A stretch of DNA of 64,000 bases from an uncultured Gammaproteobacteria bacterium (GTDB taxonomy: Bacteria > Pseudomonadota > Gammaproteobacteria > JACCXJ01), in the NCBI GenBank assembly GCA_963764725.1, contig CAVXTM010000018.1:192001-256000 (forward strand), given 5' to 3'. Of the stretch, positions 1 through 11,181 are shown piece after piece (within the stretch, counting starts at the first letter, position 1; each line of letters opens with the position of its first letter). Both the position numbers and the translations under genes were made by a program. Under the pieces are notes generated by a model. The model ran no database searches. It saw nothing but the letters and a program-made list of their open reading frames with translations, and had not been told where the DNA came from.

Positions 1-47
1 CTGTATGGAAGCGCACAAACCGCCTTGAGTGCCTTTAGCATGAGATA

Positions 48-893
48 GTGTCACTAGAAGAAATGGCTATGTCCTCGAGCCCGCAGGCCGTTTACGGTGT
101 TCGAAGCAACGGCGTTGTCCGTCCTCCGCTTAAGTGGGCCGGAGGCAAGCGCTGGCAACTCCCGCACCTTGTCCACTACTGGGCTCGCAATCGCCATCGG
201 CGCTTGGTCGAACCGTTCTGTGGAGGACTGGCTGTGACCCTGGGCCTCATGCCCAATCGGGCGCTCCTCAACGACGTCAATCCGCATCTGATCAATTTCT
301 ACCGCTGGCTAAAGCGAGGGCTGTCGGTCAACCTGCGGCAGGAAAACAACAGCACCACGTACTACTCGTACCGGCAGGAGTTTAACCGGCTGTTGTCTGG
401 CGGCCAGAGCCATAGTGCCGAAGCGGCCGCTCTTTTCTATTACCTGAATAGGACGGGCTATAATGGCCTTTGCCGGTTTAATCGCGCCGGCGAGTTTAAC
501 GTTCCCTTTGGTCGCTATAAGAGAATTAATTACAGAACCGCATTTGTCGAATACATAGATGTCTTCAAGGACTGGGAGTTCATGACAGGGCACTTCTCAC
601 GCATGTCACTGGATCCAACCGATTTCGTCTACGCGGATCCACCCTACGACGTTGAGTTTCGGCAGTATTCAAAGGACGGCTTCGGCTGGGAAGAGCAGGT
701 CGAGACCGCCGAATGGCTAGCCAAGCATCCCGGCCCCGTCGTTCTATCAAACCAAGCGACGAAGCGAATCAAGAGTCTTTACCGGGAGCTTGGCTACACA
801 CTGAGGTTTCTCGAAGCACCTCGCAGGATCAGCTGCACCGGTGACCGAACGCCCGCACGGGAAGTGCTAGCGATCCGGAACCTGCCTGAATGA
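48..893 (+). CDS. dam: Dam-family (D12 class) DNA N6-adenine methyltransferase
   Basis: KWAGGK, EPFCG, ND, YLNRTGYNGLCRFN..FNVPFG and DPPY motifs. Confidence 0.92.
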   Translation: MSLEEMAMSSSPQAVYGVRSNGVVRPPLKWAGGKRWQLPHLVHYWARNRHRRLVEPFCGGLAVTLGLMPNRALLNDVNPHLINFYRWLKRGLSVNLRQENNSTTYYSYRQEFNRLLSGGQSHSAEAAALFYYLNRTGYNGLCRFNRAGEFNVPFGRYKRINYRTAFVEYIDVFKDWEFMTGHFSRMSLDPTDFVYADPPYDVEFRQYSKDGFGWEEQVETAEWLAKHPGPVVLSNQATKRIKSLYRELGYTLRFLEAPRRISCTGDRTPAREVLAIRNLPE

Positions 894-1306
894 GTTCCCG
901 GAACACGCGCACCGGCGGCGTCCTTGAGCGCATGGTCCTTCCTGCCTTGGATCATGGCGGATACTCATATCGCGTGCAGATCAAGCTTGGCGAACGTCTG
1001 GGTTGCGGAAGCCACTTCGTGGACGCGGTTATCGAGAAGGACGGCCGAAAGTTTCTCGTGTCAGTGAAATGGCAACAGGTTTCAGGAACTGCGGAGCAGA
1101 AAGTGCCGTTCGAGGTCATTTGTCTCATCGAGGCGTTGGAGAACGCGAGCTACGAAAAGGCGTACATCGTACTCGGTGGCGAAGGCTGGAAGCTCAGGAA
1201 CTTCTATGTGAGCGGTGGGCTCTCGAAGTACCTGAGGGACGCCGATAGGATTCACATTGTAACGCTTGAGTGGTTCGTGGCGAAGGCGAATCAAGGGAAG
1301 CTCTAA
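890..1306 (+). CDS. Small PD-(D/E)XK nuclease (restriction-endonuclease-like)
   Basis: VD...VSVKWQQVSGTAEQKVPFE motif; ATGA overlap with dam. Confidence 0.75.
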   Translation: MSSRNTRTGGVLERMVLPALDHGGYSYRVQIKLGERLGCGSHFVDAVIEKDGRKFLVSVKWQQVSGTAEQKVPFEVICLIEALENASYEKAYIVLGGEGWKLRNFYVSGGLSKYLRDADRIHIVTLEWFVAKANQGKL

Positions 1307-2121
1307 ATGCCGTCCGACCTTCCCCAACGAAAGGCGCTCAAATTTCTAACCGACCGCCTGCAGTCCCAAGAGCCCTTCACAAAGCAGGACTTCGGGCATG
1401 CTACCGGGTGTGGAGTGGATCAACGCTTGACACGCATTGGTCGAAGCATTTCAAGCCCTTCGTCGTCGTAATCGGCGGTGGCCGGTACCGCGTCAGCGAG
1501 GGGTTCCGGCCATTCGCTAATTGGAGGAAGTTTCAGCGGCACGTCACGCAGACGCGGCCGGTTGCAGCGGACTATACGCGGCTCGCTTACGACAACGTGG
1601 TCATGTACGAATTCTTTATGCCGTTAACGAACGAGACGGCACTACGCACCACACTGGATGCCCTGTTCTTCAAAGATAACATCATCTCGAAACTACGGGC
1701 CATTGGCGCGGAGAAGCTCTCTCAGCATTTGAGCATCAAGGATGGAGAGGCCGCGGAAAAGTATTTCGAGCGGATCTGCGACTGGATTGATTCGCACTTT
1801 GTAGGCTACTCCGTCTATCACGTTGACGGCCGTTTTCGAGCGTCAAAGCTGGCAACCAGGGAACAGGTCGCCGAGATCGAGAAGAAGGGTCAGCGTTACC
1901 TCGTTAACGAAACCACCGCGGTCTCGCGTTTCATCTTCCCCTGCGCGGACAATGGCGAGGCGGAGCTGGTCAGATACTTCTTCGATGCCCTTTTCGTCCA
2001 GACCATCATTCAACTAATCAACGCCGAGGATGAAGTCTGGATGGTGGAAAGCGGCATGAAGAATCGAGTCCACATCTGGCGGGTTCCCGGCGGCAACGAC
2101 GACGGAAATGACCTACTATGA
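1307..2121 (+). pseudogene. Hypothetical protein with a frameshift near 1409
   Basis: ATG at 1307 directly follows the nuclease TAA and reads MPSDLPQRKALKFL...FGHATG. An extra TG at 1409-1410 joins it to WSGSTLDTHW... of the 1270..2121 frame. Confidence 0.6.
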
Positions 2122-2402
2122 CGGCCCGAGACTGGCTGCGCGAGAATGGCTACGAGGATATTGCGGGTCGGATCGACGTGGTCATGACGGAGCTCGAAGC
2201 GCGGGGTAGCAAGCAGCGACGAAACTGGTGGGACGTCCTGGCAGGCGGCGTCAACGGAAGGCCACTCGTTGTCTCAGGACGGGAGTTTCCGGTGCTACAG
2301 GTCGCGCAGCGGCGGCAAGGCAAGCCCTTGACCCCGAACGCAATCAGCCGCAACCCGAACGAGCATCCTCCCGACCCGCGCCCAATCCGATGGAAGCGCT
2401 AA
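2118..2402 (+). CDS. Hypothetical basic protein (94 aa)
   Basis: ATGA overlap with the upstream gene; protein-like composition (WLRENGY..., RRNWWDVLAG). Confidence 0.65.
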   Translation: MTARDWLRENGYEDIAGRIDVVMTELEARGSKQRRNWWDVLAGGVNGRPLVVSGREFPVLQVAQRRQGKPLTPNAISRNPNEHPPDPRPIRWKR

Positions 2403-2514
2403 GCTGGACCCGAACTGCCTCCGACTACGGCGATACATACCATAAGTGGGGATCTGGCGGGCAGGAGAGTTCACGCGGGACAAAGGCTGTTTTCCTTACG
2501 CTTGCTGTTGCCAT

Positions 2515-2637
2515 GTTGACAACCACGAAATCGACTTGGTGCTTGCCCGCCACGCTTCACGGAGGCGGAGCTGGACTTCATCATCAATTACGGACATCAA
2601 ATATCGCATGGGCCGAAGCGCAGAGGAGAACGAATGA
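2515..2637 (+). pseudogene. C-terminal remnant of a Type IIG/Eco57I-like restriction-modification enzyme
   Basis: Across two small frameshifts it reads EIDLVLARH..FTEAELDFIINY.DIKYRMG, a recognisable C-terminal tail of such enzymes. Confidence 0.55.
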
Positions 2638-3197
2638 AGCTTCCGAACGTGGAAGCGGCCGTGGTTTCGGAGGATAAGATCACCGGTTATCTGCTTTCGG
2701 CGACACACCGGGACGGCCGTCACAAGGCGGCGTTCTTCCTCGGCTTAGGCTTTACTGCCGACGCCTGGCGGACGGTGGCTACCGCCTTACTGAAGCACGC
2801 AGCAGACCACGAGGTCGCCAAGGTCGAGAGCACGCCCTTTGGAACCCGATACGTCGTGGAAGGTACAATAGAAACGCCGTATGGGCGAACGCCGGGCATT
2901 CGTTCGGTGTGGTTTCTGGAGACCGGTCAGAACGTACCACGTTTTGTCACAGCTATCCAATCAGAGGTGCAGACGATGATTAAAGAACTGGACACGGTGG
3001 TGTTAACCGAGGATTTACCGGAGCACGGTCTGAAACAGGGTGACCTGGGGACCGTCGTTCTGATCCATGGAGCAGGGGGGTATGAGGTCGAGTTCATGAC
3101 GCTGGACGGCCAGACGCTGACGGTGGTTTCGCTGTTTCCTCATCAGGTGCGTCCCGTAGGGCGAGGCGAGATCGCTCAGGCACGCGCGGTGGCCTAA
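2634..3197 (+). CDS. DUF6883-like plus DUF4926-like pair (putative TA), fused by an apparent 1-bp deletion
   Basis: MKLPN..KITGYLL..HRDGRHKA N-terminal domain; second unit MIKELDTVVLTEDLPEHGL starts at 2976. Restoring one base near 2953 gives the expected ...FVTAYP end. Confidence 0.7.
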   Translation: MKLPNVEAAVVSEDKITGYLLSATHRDGRHKAAFFLGLGFTADAWRTVATALLKHAADHEVAKVESTPFGTRYVVEGTIETPYGRTPGIRSVWFLETGQNVPRFVTAIQSEVQTMIKELDTVVLTEDLPEHGLKQGDLGTVVLIHGAGGYEVEFMTLDGQTLTVVSLFPHQVRPVGRGEIAQARAVA

Positions 3198-3237
3198 AGC
3201 GTCGCACAAGGCGCGACCGGAGCATGCGAGGCAAACT

Positions 3238-3454
3238 ATGAAATTACACGGTGACCAAGAAGCCGATGCGCTTTATCTGCGTTTGGACGAGTCGAAGATC
3301 GTCGAGTCAGAGGAGGTATCGCCGGGCGTCGTGCTGGATTTCAATGCGGATAAATCAGGTGGGTGTTGAAATCCTATACCTATCCAGGCGAGCTCCCCGC
3401 CCGGAACTCGGAAAGCTGGTTTTTGAGACCACGCCCACCGTGGCAGTGAGGTAG
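3238..3454 (+). pseudogene. DUF2283-family protein, frameshifted
   Basis: MKLHGDQEADALYLRLDESKIVESEEVSPGVVLDFNAD, then continues in another frame as VGVEILYLS. Confidence 0.7.
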
Positions 3455-3575
3455 TGCAACCCTGTGCGCGCGGGATCGCTCGCGCAAGAGTCCGGTCTCC
3501 TGCGCAGTGACTACAACGGTGTCACAACCGGGCGCGCAATGCGCCCCCGGTGACAAGGCTATCATCAAGTTTCCC

Positions 3576-4172
3576 ATGGCTGCGGTCGAAGCGGAGACGA
3601 TCACGCCCTCGGATGCGCGCTGGCCGAGGTCCTTGAACGAGAGGCTGGGCGGCTCCGCGCCATCGGCTTTGCAGACCATCGGTCCGGTGGCGCTTCTCGC
3701 CGCCCGCAAGACTGCGCTCTTCTGCTCCGCCCGCACGCCCGGGGATGCCATCCTGCGCGCCCACGACACCGCTCGGCGCATGCGCGATGAAAGCGTGACG
3801 GTCATGAGCGGGTTTCATTCGCCGATCGAGAAGGACTGCCTGCGCATCCTTCTGCGGGGCACACAACCGATCATCGTCTGCCCTGCCCGCGCCATTGAGG
3901 GAATGCGGATCCCGCCCGAATGTCGCGCCGCCTTCGAGGCGGATCGGCTACTCTTCCTCTCCCCCTTCATCGAGCAACCCGAACGCGTCACCCAGGGATC
4001 GGCGATGCGCCGCAACGAGCTCGTTGGGGCCCTGGCCGACGAAGTATTCATCGCTCATATCGCTCCGGGCGGCGAGACCGAGCGCATCGCGGAACTGCTG
4101 GCGCGATGGCGCGTTCCGGTCATGCGGTCTTCGCTTCGCGATCCGCCCATTGCGACCTTAAGAAAGTCATAG
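3576..4172 (+). CDS. DprA/SLOG-like Rossmann-fold protein
   Basis: TALFCS, VMSGFHSPIEKDCL, IIVCPAR and RRNELVGALAD motifs. Confidence 0.75.
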   Translation: MAAVEAETITPSDARWPRSLNERLGGSAPSALQTIGPVALLAARKTALFCSARTPGDAILRAHDTARRMRDESVTVMSGFHSPIEKDCLRILLRGTQPIIVCPARAIEGMRIPPECRAAFEADRLLFLSPFIEQPERVTQGSAMRRNELVGALADEVFIAHIAPGGETERIAELLARWRVPVMRSSLRDPPIATLRKS

Positions 4173-4258
4173 GAAGGTCGCCGCGCCAGGATTTATGCAC
4201 AAGCGAATGATAAAGTGAGTTAGATAGCCAAAAGTATCAGCCTGATCCTTACTCTACA

Positions 4259-4918
4259 ATGCAAAACCATCTCACTATTCACGAAACCCGTGTCATCGGC
4301 GCCTTGCTGGAAAAGGAGATCACCACCCCCGAGCAGTATCCGCTCTCGCTCAACGCGCTTACCAACGCCTGTAACCAGAAGAGCAACCGCGATCCGGTGC
4401 TTGATCTCGATGAGGCAACGGTACAACAAACGCTCGACGGGCTCATCAAGAAGCACTTGGTAAGTGAGAAAACAGGGTTTGGGAGCCGGGTTACGAAATA
4501 CCAACATCGATTCTGTAATACGGCGTTCGGTGCTTTAAGATTATCAGCACAGGAGCTTGCCATCATCGCCGAGTTGCTGTTGCGCGGCCCGCAGACGCCC
4601 GGTGAACTGCGCACGCGTGCGGGGCGGCTGGGCAAGTTCAATGACGTGCAAGAAGTTGAAGCTGCCCTAAAAAGCTTGATCGAGCGGGAGGATGGGCCTT
4701 TCGTTGTGCAGCTTGCGCGCGAAGCCGGGAGAAGAGAATCTCGTTACGCCCACCTGTTGAGTGGGGAGGTGCAAGCAGCGGAGAGCGCTGCCGGCCCGGA
4801 TACGGAAGTCAGTCTCACGCGTACGGACCACGATCGTCTGTCGGAGCTCGAACAGCAGATCGCAGCGTTGCGGCAAGAGCTCAGTGAGATCAGGGCCTTG
4901 CTTGAGCGCCCGACATGA
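4259..4918 (+). CDS. yceH: YceH/DUF480 family protein
   Basis: [33 protein letters not shown] and [12 protein letters not shown] motifs. Confidence 0.92.
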   Translation: MQNHLTIHETRVIGALLEKEITTPEQYPLSLNALTNACNQKSNRDPVLDLDEATVQQTLDGLIKKHLVSEKTGFGSRVTKYQHRFCNTAFGALRLSAQELAIIAELLLRGPQTPGELRTRAGRLGKFNDVQEVEAALKSLIEREDGPFVVQLAREAGRRESRYAHLLSGEVQAAESAAGPDTEVSLTRTDHDRLSELEQQIAALRQELSEIRALLERPT

Positions 4919-5961
4919 GGGATACCAATTTGGCCATCGTGCCGGAAACGCAAGACACCAATACTGCTCCGTATCGGCGGCTGACTCCCGATTGCATGCT
5001 CGATGCATTGAATAGCGTGGGCTTGCGAAGTGACGGACGTCTGCTGGCGCTCAACAGCTACGAGAACCGCGTCTACCAGGTTGGCATGGAAGAGGGGATG
5101 CCCGTGGTGGTGAAATTTTACCGTCCTGGGCGTTGGAGCGATGCGGCGATCCTTGAAGAACACGCCTTCGTGCAGGAATTAGTCGAGCGCGAGATCCCGG
5201 TGGTGGCGCCGCTGGCGACCAAACCTTCCGGCGTGGCGCATCCCGCAACCACATTGCACACCTTCGGCGAATTCCGATTTACGCTTTATCCTCGCCAAGG
5301 CGGCCGTTCACCGGAGCTAGATGCTCGCAACACCCTGGCCTGGATGGGGCGCTTTATCGGCCGAATTCACGCGGTCGGCACGTTACGGCCGTTCGTCGCA
5401 CGACCGGCATTGAATGTTGTCAGCTTTGGTGAGGAACCTAGCGAGTTCCTGCTCGCGCACGACTTTATCCCGCCGGATCTCGCGAGCGCCTATCGGACCG
5501 TGGTCGCTCAAGCGCTAGACGGCGTGCGGCATTGCTTTAACCGCGCTGGTGAAATCAGGGCACTGCGGCTACATGGTGACTGCTACGCCGGTAACGTGCT
5601 TTGGACCGAGGGTGGACCGCATTTCGTCGATTTCGACGATAGCCGCATGGGCCCTGCGATGCAGGACCTGTGGATGTTACTCTCCGGAGAGCCGCTTGCG
5701 ATGGCGCGGCAGTTGAGCGACGTCCTGAGCGGCTATGAGGATTTCTTCGAGTTTGATCGCCGCGAGCTGCATCTCCTAGAGCCGTTGCGCACATTGCGCT
5801 TGATCCATTACTCCGCGTGGATCGCCCGGCGTTGGGAAGACCCAGCCTTTCCTGCCGCATTTCCGTGGTTCAATACCCAGCGTTACTGGCAGGATCGAAT
5901 ACTCGAGTTGCGCGAACAAATCGCTGTCATGAACGAGCAACCCATCGCGTTATCGAACTGA
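4915..5961 (+). CDS. srkA: Stress response Ser/Thr kinase SrkA (RdoA/YihE)
   Basis: [28 protein letters not shown] and [14 protein letters not shown] motifs. Confidence 0.93.
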   Translation: MRDTNLAIVPETQDTNTAPYRRLTPDCMLDALNSVGLRSDGRLLALNSYENRVYQVGMEEGMPVVVKFYRPGRWSDAAILEEHAFVQELVEREIPVVAPLATKPSGVAHPATTLHTFGEFRFTLYPRQGGRSPELDARNTLAWMGRFIGRIHAVGTLRPFVARPALNVVSFGEEPSEFLLAHDFIPPDLASAYRTVVAQALDGVRHCFNRAGEIRALRLHGDCYAGNVLWTEGGPHFVDFDDSRMGPAMQDLWMLLSGEPLAMARQLSDVLSGYEDFFEFDRRELHLLEPLRTLRLIHYSAWIARRWEDPAFPAAFPWFNTQRYWQDRILELREQIAVMNEQPIALSN

Positions 5962-5970
5962 ATCGGCTAA

Positions 5971-6114
5971 GGAAGCTCTGCAAAAGTGTTATGAGCATGG
6001 CCCATATGCGCGAAGCCGCGGAGCGAGTCGCGAGACATATCAGGTAGATAGGCGAGTGACGAGCGAGCACGCGACAATGCAGATGGGCGGCGCAATAGCT
6101 TTTGCAGCGCTTCG
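5971..6114. mobile_element. 144-bp MITE with IS5-like termini
   Basis: TIRs GGAAGCTCTGCAAAAG / CTTTTGCAGCGCTTCG; CTAA direct repeat at 5967-5970 and 6115-6118. Confidence 0.75.
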
Positions 6115-6120
6115 CTAACG

Positions 6121-7065
6121 ATGCGCATTGTGTCGCTTCTGCCTGCTGCTACCGAGATCGTGGGCGCCCTGGGCTTGATGGATTCCCTCGTCGGGGTATC
6201 GCACGAGTGTGACTATCCGGCGGCGGCAAACGACAAGCCACGGGTGACGCATTGTGCCATCCACCAAAAGCACTTGCCGAGCGCTGAAGTAAACCACTGG
6301 GTACACGAGACGCTCGCCGCGACAGGTTCCCTCTATACCCTGAACGAGGCGCTGCTTCGAGAGCTGCGCCCTGAGATCATCGTGACCCAACGCCTCTGTG
6401 ATGTCTGTGCGGTTGGATATGGTTCGGTCGCGACTTTCGCCCGGTCACTGCCGGAGCCATCGCAGGTGGTAAACCTGGAGCCCGCCGGTCTTGCGGATAT
6501 TTTTGGGGATATCCGCAAGGTAGCCGCGGCGCTTGGGGTAACCGAGCGCGGTGAGGCTGTGGTGAGCGCGCTGCAAACACGGGTAGAGCAGGTACGTGTT
6601 CGCGCTACGAAAACAAGCGATCGGCCCCGCTGCTTTCTGATGGAGTGGATCGACCCGCCATTCTGCAGCGGCCATTGGGGTCCGGAGCTCGTGGAGATCG
6701 CCGGGGGTGAGGAGATCCTCGGTAAAAAGGGGGAAGCCTCAAGACGCATCCTCTGGGAGAGCGTGCGCGAGGCGCAGCCCGAAGTCCTGATAATCGCGTG
6801 CTGTGGCTGCACCGTGGCACGCACTTTAGATGATTTGCCTCGCTTGCAACGTGCAGCCGGGTGGGAGGGATTGCCCGCGGTTCGAAGCGGCCGGGTCTAT
6901 GTCGTCGATGGGTCCGCTTATTTCAGCCGACCCGGCCCGCGCATCGTCGACTCCTTAGAAATCCTGGCGGCCTGCCTTCATCCGGCCCAGTTTCCCGAGG
7001 CGCGCGCCAGGTACCCAGAGGCGGTGGTACGCATCGCCGCGGGTGGGCAGGTGGCAGCCTGGTGA
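6121..7065 (+). CDS. Cobalamin/Fe-siderophore type substrate-binding protein (BtuF-like)
   Basis: MRIVSLLPAATEIV, GVSHECDYP, EWIDPPF.GHW and FSRPGPR motifs. Confidence 0.88.
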   Translation: MRIVSLLPAATEIVGALGLMDSLVGVSHECDYPAAANDKPRVTHCAIHQKHLPSAEVNHWVHETLAATGSLYTLNEALLRELRPEIIVTQRLCDVCAVGYGSVATFARSLPEPSQVVNLEPAGLADIFGDIRKVAAALGVTERGEAVVSALQTRVEQVRVRATKTSDRPRCFLMEWIDPPFCSGHWGPELVEIAGGEEILGKKGEASRRILWESVREAQPEVLIIACCGCTVARTLDDLPRLQRAAGWEGLPAVRSGRVYVVDGSAYFSRPGPRIVDSLEILAACLHPAQFPEARARYPEAVVRIAAGGQVAAW

Positions 7066-7169
7066 TGGCGCATCTGTAGCACTGGTCGCTTGAAGCAGTG
7101 GCAAGAACAGCGCCTATGCGGAACCTCTAAAAATACCCTCTCCCACTGGGAGAGCAACCGTGTTCAAAG

Positions 7170-8300
<1,131 letters not shown>

Positions 8301-8722
8301 TTCATTAATTTCTACAAAATAGAACATACAAGGGTTAGGGTGAGGGATGTAAATAATTGATTTTAATACCCTCATCCCAACCTTCTCCCGAAGGGAGAAG
8401 GAGACTTTGAATTATTAGAGGTTTCCTATGCTTTACGTGTGCTTCGCGGAGGCGACGGCATCGAGGTCGTCGCGGCTTGCCGACCGCGGTCAGCCCCGAG
8501 TCAGGAAGGGTCGCTACTCACTTGTTGCCTGAAGACTTGATCGAGGCCGTGCCCTGCGGATCGAGCAGGGGCGGTTTATTGGTGGGGGGAATTGGGTGTG
8601 GTAAGAACTCCCTCGGCTGCATTCCTTGGTATTGTGGAGTTCCCAATCAAGCGGTTATATGATGACCGCCGTGATTTATACAGCAATCCGTTCATTGGGT
8701 TAGACACCGGCTTAGACATCTA

Positions 8723-9076
8723 TTGCCAAACGTAGATTCCATCCTTCAGCAACTCGATGAAAACCATGACATCAAGGAAGTCCGGGCCGGTATCGCTGAT
8801 CTAATCGAACACCATCTCCAAGCAATGAAGAGTTCCCTTGGCTATTGGGAGAAGGCCCACTTCGCCAACGCTATTGCCTCTCTTGCATGGAATATCAATT
8901 CCCGCCAGCAACCGACCACTGCTTGGCTACGGCTATGTCTCGTTAACGTTGAAAAGGCGCTAGTTCCTGCCAATCAACGAAACGAGAACTACACGCCACG
9001 AGATAAGCAGCTTGAAGCCCTTACGTATGAACAACTCATCGAAAACATCAACTCGTTGCGCCAAATGGGTTGCTAA
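8723..9076 (+). CDS. Hypothetical protein, integron gene cassette
   Basis: Lower-GC ORF between GTTAGAC (8699) and an attC overlapping its stop. Confidence 0.6.
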   Translation: MPNVDSILQQLDENHDIKEVRAGIADLIEHHLQAMKSSLGYWEKAHFANAIASLAWNINSRQQPTTAWLRLCLVNVEKALVPANQRNENYTPRDKQLEALTYEQLIENINSLRQMGC

Positions 9077-9166
9077 CCCGCCGCTCAACGGGACCGCCCA
9101 AAAGCTGCGCTTTTGGGTTCTCTCCGCGCTACGCGCTCCGGCGGCCGGTTAGCTAGCACGCTATGT
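9071..9166 (+). repeat. attC site (R' box degenerate)
   Basis: TGCTAAC...GCTCAAC..palindromic core CCCAAAAGCTGCGCTTTTGGG..GGTTAGC...GCTATGT. Confidence 0.75.
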
Positions 9167-9208
9167 GTCTTCGATACCGGTTCACAATCAAGACTCCGAG
9201 GGATCGTC

Positions 9209-9512
9209 ATGAACGCGATAAGAGCACTTTCTGTCGCTGCACTGCTATTACCGTTCCAGTCCTTTGCTTGCTCTTTCGATACCGATTGCGGCGTCGGAAG
9301 CAAATGCATCAAGAGTCCAGGACAGATCCATGGCTTTTTGTGCTGGCGGTATGAATCCCGGCAACACCTATGATCGAAGGCCCGTCCGAGATCCGCTGGA
9401 CATTAATAGATCTGCTGGCAATACCTGTAGCTTCGATACGGATTGTGGGCCTGGCTCAATTTGCCTAAAGGAATCTAGATACATAAAGGGCGTCTGTGTG
9501 CGTGGACGTTAG
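9209..9512 (+). pseudogene. Secreted Cys-rich protein with two CSFDTDCG..S.C.K repeats; +1 frameshift in the T-run at 9335-9339
   Basis: Signal peptide MNAIRALSVAALLLPFQSFA; the two repeats lie in different frames joined at the homopolymer. Confidence 0.65.
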
Positions 9513-9526
9513 CACATAAGACGAGC

Positions 9527-9646
9527 GGAATTAGGGGACAGACCACGATATATTTGTCTACGCATCGCAGCAGGTGCGCTATTGGTATCGATATATCGTG
9601 GTCTGTCCCCTAATTCCCCTAATTCCTAATTCTAATTCCTAATTCC
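9527..9646. repeat. REPIN-like inverted repeat GGAATTAGGGGACAGACCACGATATAT followed by CCTAATT stutters
   Basis: 27-bp inverted arms at 9527 and ending 9617, followed by tandem TAATTC(C) units. Confidence 0.8.
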
Positions 9647-9649
9647 GCT

Positions 9650-10031
9650 GCGGTGGTACGCATCGCCGCGGGTGGGCAGGTGGCCGCACTGGTGATGGCG
9701 GGCACGAGGTACTGGTCGCTAGAAGCAGTGGCAAGAATAGCGTCTACGCTTTGCGTGTGCTTCGCGAAGATGACGGCATTGAGGTTGTGGAGGCTTGCCG
9801 GCGGTCAACCCCGAGTCGGGAAGGATCGCTACGCACGCGTTGCGCGAAGACTAGATCGACGCCGTGCCCGCGGATCGAGCAGGGGCGGTTTATTGGCGGG
9901 GGGAATTGGGTGTGTTAAAAACTCCCTCGGGTGCAGTCCTTAGCGTTGTGGAGTTCCCAATTAAGCGGTTATATGATGACTGCCGTGATTATGCATCAAT
10001 CCGTTGATTGGGTTAGACACCGGATTAGACA
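9650..10031 (+). repeat. Diverged direct repeat of 7021-7119 plus 8432-8718 (btuF 3' end to attI-like GTTAGAC)
   Basis: Colinear similarity over about 380 bp; both copies end GGGTTAGACACCGG.TTAGACA. Confidence 0.9.
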
Positions 10032-10075
10032 CAGATTGGTGTCGGATTCTAGTTGGGCCTGTAGGGAGAGAGTGA

Positions 10076-10558
10076 ATGCAAATTGAACTTTCCGCGCTGA
10101 TCGCTGGGTTCATTGGCCTTCTGTTGGCGTGGGTCTTCCCGGTGGGTTGGCTTGTACAGCGCGTCAAAAAGGGCATAGCTCTTCCCCCTCCATCGGATGC
10201 ACTCAAAGAGAAGTGGACTGCTTTAACCACAGATCCAGATGAAGATAACAGCGGAGCTATCCTCGGTAAGCTTGAGCTTGTGCTCTTCTACTTGGCTTTT
10301 TGGATGGCTGCGCAAGAAATCATAGCGGGATGGTTCGCGCTAAAGGTTGCGTCAAAATGGGAAGCTTGGGGCACAACGGGACGGCTACCTGAGTCGCTAG
10401 ATGGAGTAGATGATCTCAGTTACATGATTTCAAGACGTCGCTGGGCGTCACAGCGGCTCATGTCATTCCTCGTCGGCACCATAGCCAACGTGCTTGCTGC
10501 GTTTGGAGGGTTCATCATTGCCAAGAATGTTGTGGCGCCGCTTCTCAGTTGCTTCTAA
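10076..10558 (+). CDS. Hypothetical membrane protein, integron gene cassette
   Basis: Several hydrophobic helices; GAILGKLE..WFALKVASKW motif; followed by an attC. Confidence 0.7.
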   Translation: MQIELSALIAGFIGLLLAWVFPVGWLVQRVKKGIALPPPSDALKEKWTALTTDPDEDNSGAILGKLELVLFYLAFWMAAQEIIAGWFALKVASKWEAWGTTGRLPESLDGVDDLSYMISRRRWASQRLMSFLVGTIANVLAAFGGFIIAKNVVAPLLSCF

Positions 10559-10566
10559 TGGATATG

Positions 10567-10639
10567 GCCCAACAATGCGCTCCAGCCGACTGCTCGACCG
10601 CTGCGCGGTTTCGCGTCGGCTGAGCTTGGTCGTTAGGGC
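10567..10639 (+). repeat. attC site
   Basis: GCCCAAC...CTCCAGCCGAC...GTCGGCTGAG...GTTAGGGC, with complementary R boxes. Confidence 0.88.
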
Positions 10640-10647
10640 TCGCGACT

Positions 10648-10778
10648 ATGCCGCTGGCTGAAGAAATTCCGCTCGGCGAATTGCCCGAGGGAGTGATTGA
10701 AGCTGCCTCGAAGGATCTTGCGAAGTATTGCGTGGGATTCGTACGCGTCGAGGATACGCCACGAAGGCAGGATGCCGC
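10648..10778 (+). pseudogene. Truncated cassette ORF interrupted by a REP element
   Basis: ATG 8 bp after the attC; runs into a REP copy at 10779. Confidence 0.45.
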
Positions 10779-10903
10779 GGAATTAGGGGACAGACCACGA
10801 TATATTTGTCTATGCGTCGCAGCAGGTGCGCTATTGGTCGATATATCCCCTAATTCCGGCGGATACCTCAGGGTCTGTCCCCTCATTTCTCCCTGATTTC
10901 TCC
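10779..10903. repeat. Second, partly deleted copy of the GGGGACAGACC REPIN-like element
   Basis: Near-identical to 9527-9617; extra GGTCTGTCCCC arm with ATTTCTCC stutter. Confidence 0.8.
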
Positions 10904-10941
10904 GTTATGCCCCACTACCCTGACACGCTATACTTGACATC

Positions 10942-11181
10942 ATGAACACGGTCATTGAGCTAGAGAAACAGATATTGGCTCTCCCCGCTGCTGAGCGGGA
11001 GCAACTTGCAGTAGTCGCTTGGGAGAGTTTAGTTGGTGATCCAAGCGTGGCTGGCAATCGCAAGATCGACCCAGAGGGCATCAAGACTGCTGCACAACGC
11101 GATGCAGAGATTGAGGCTGGCGCAGTTCAACCCATTGGTCAGGCTGAGTTCTTGCGGCGCACCGGTGGCATCTCGGAATGA
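10942..11181 (+). CDS. Addiction-module antitoxin
   Basis: ILALPAAEREQLA..WESL motif; ATGA overlap with the toxin. Confidence 0.85.
   Translation: MNTVIELEKQILALPAAEREQLAVVAWESLVGDPSVAGNRKIDPEGIKTAAQRDAEIEAGAVQPIGQAEFLRRTGGISE

Noticed and set aside
8660-8690. LexA box in the attI-like block
   Set aside because: Only the right half-site (TATACAG) matches, and it is not kept in copy 2.
9611-9646. Short tandem repeats as a CRISPR array
   Set aside because: 6-7 bp units without spacers; no cas genes in the window.
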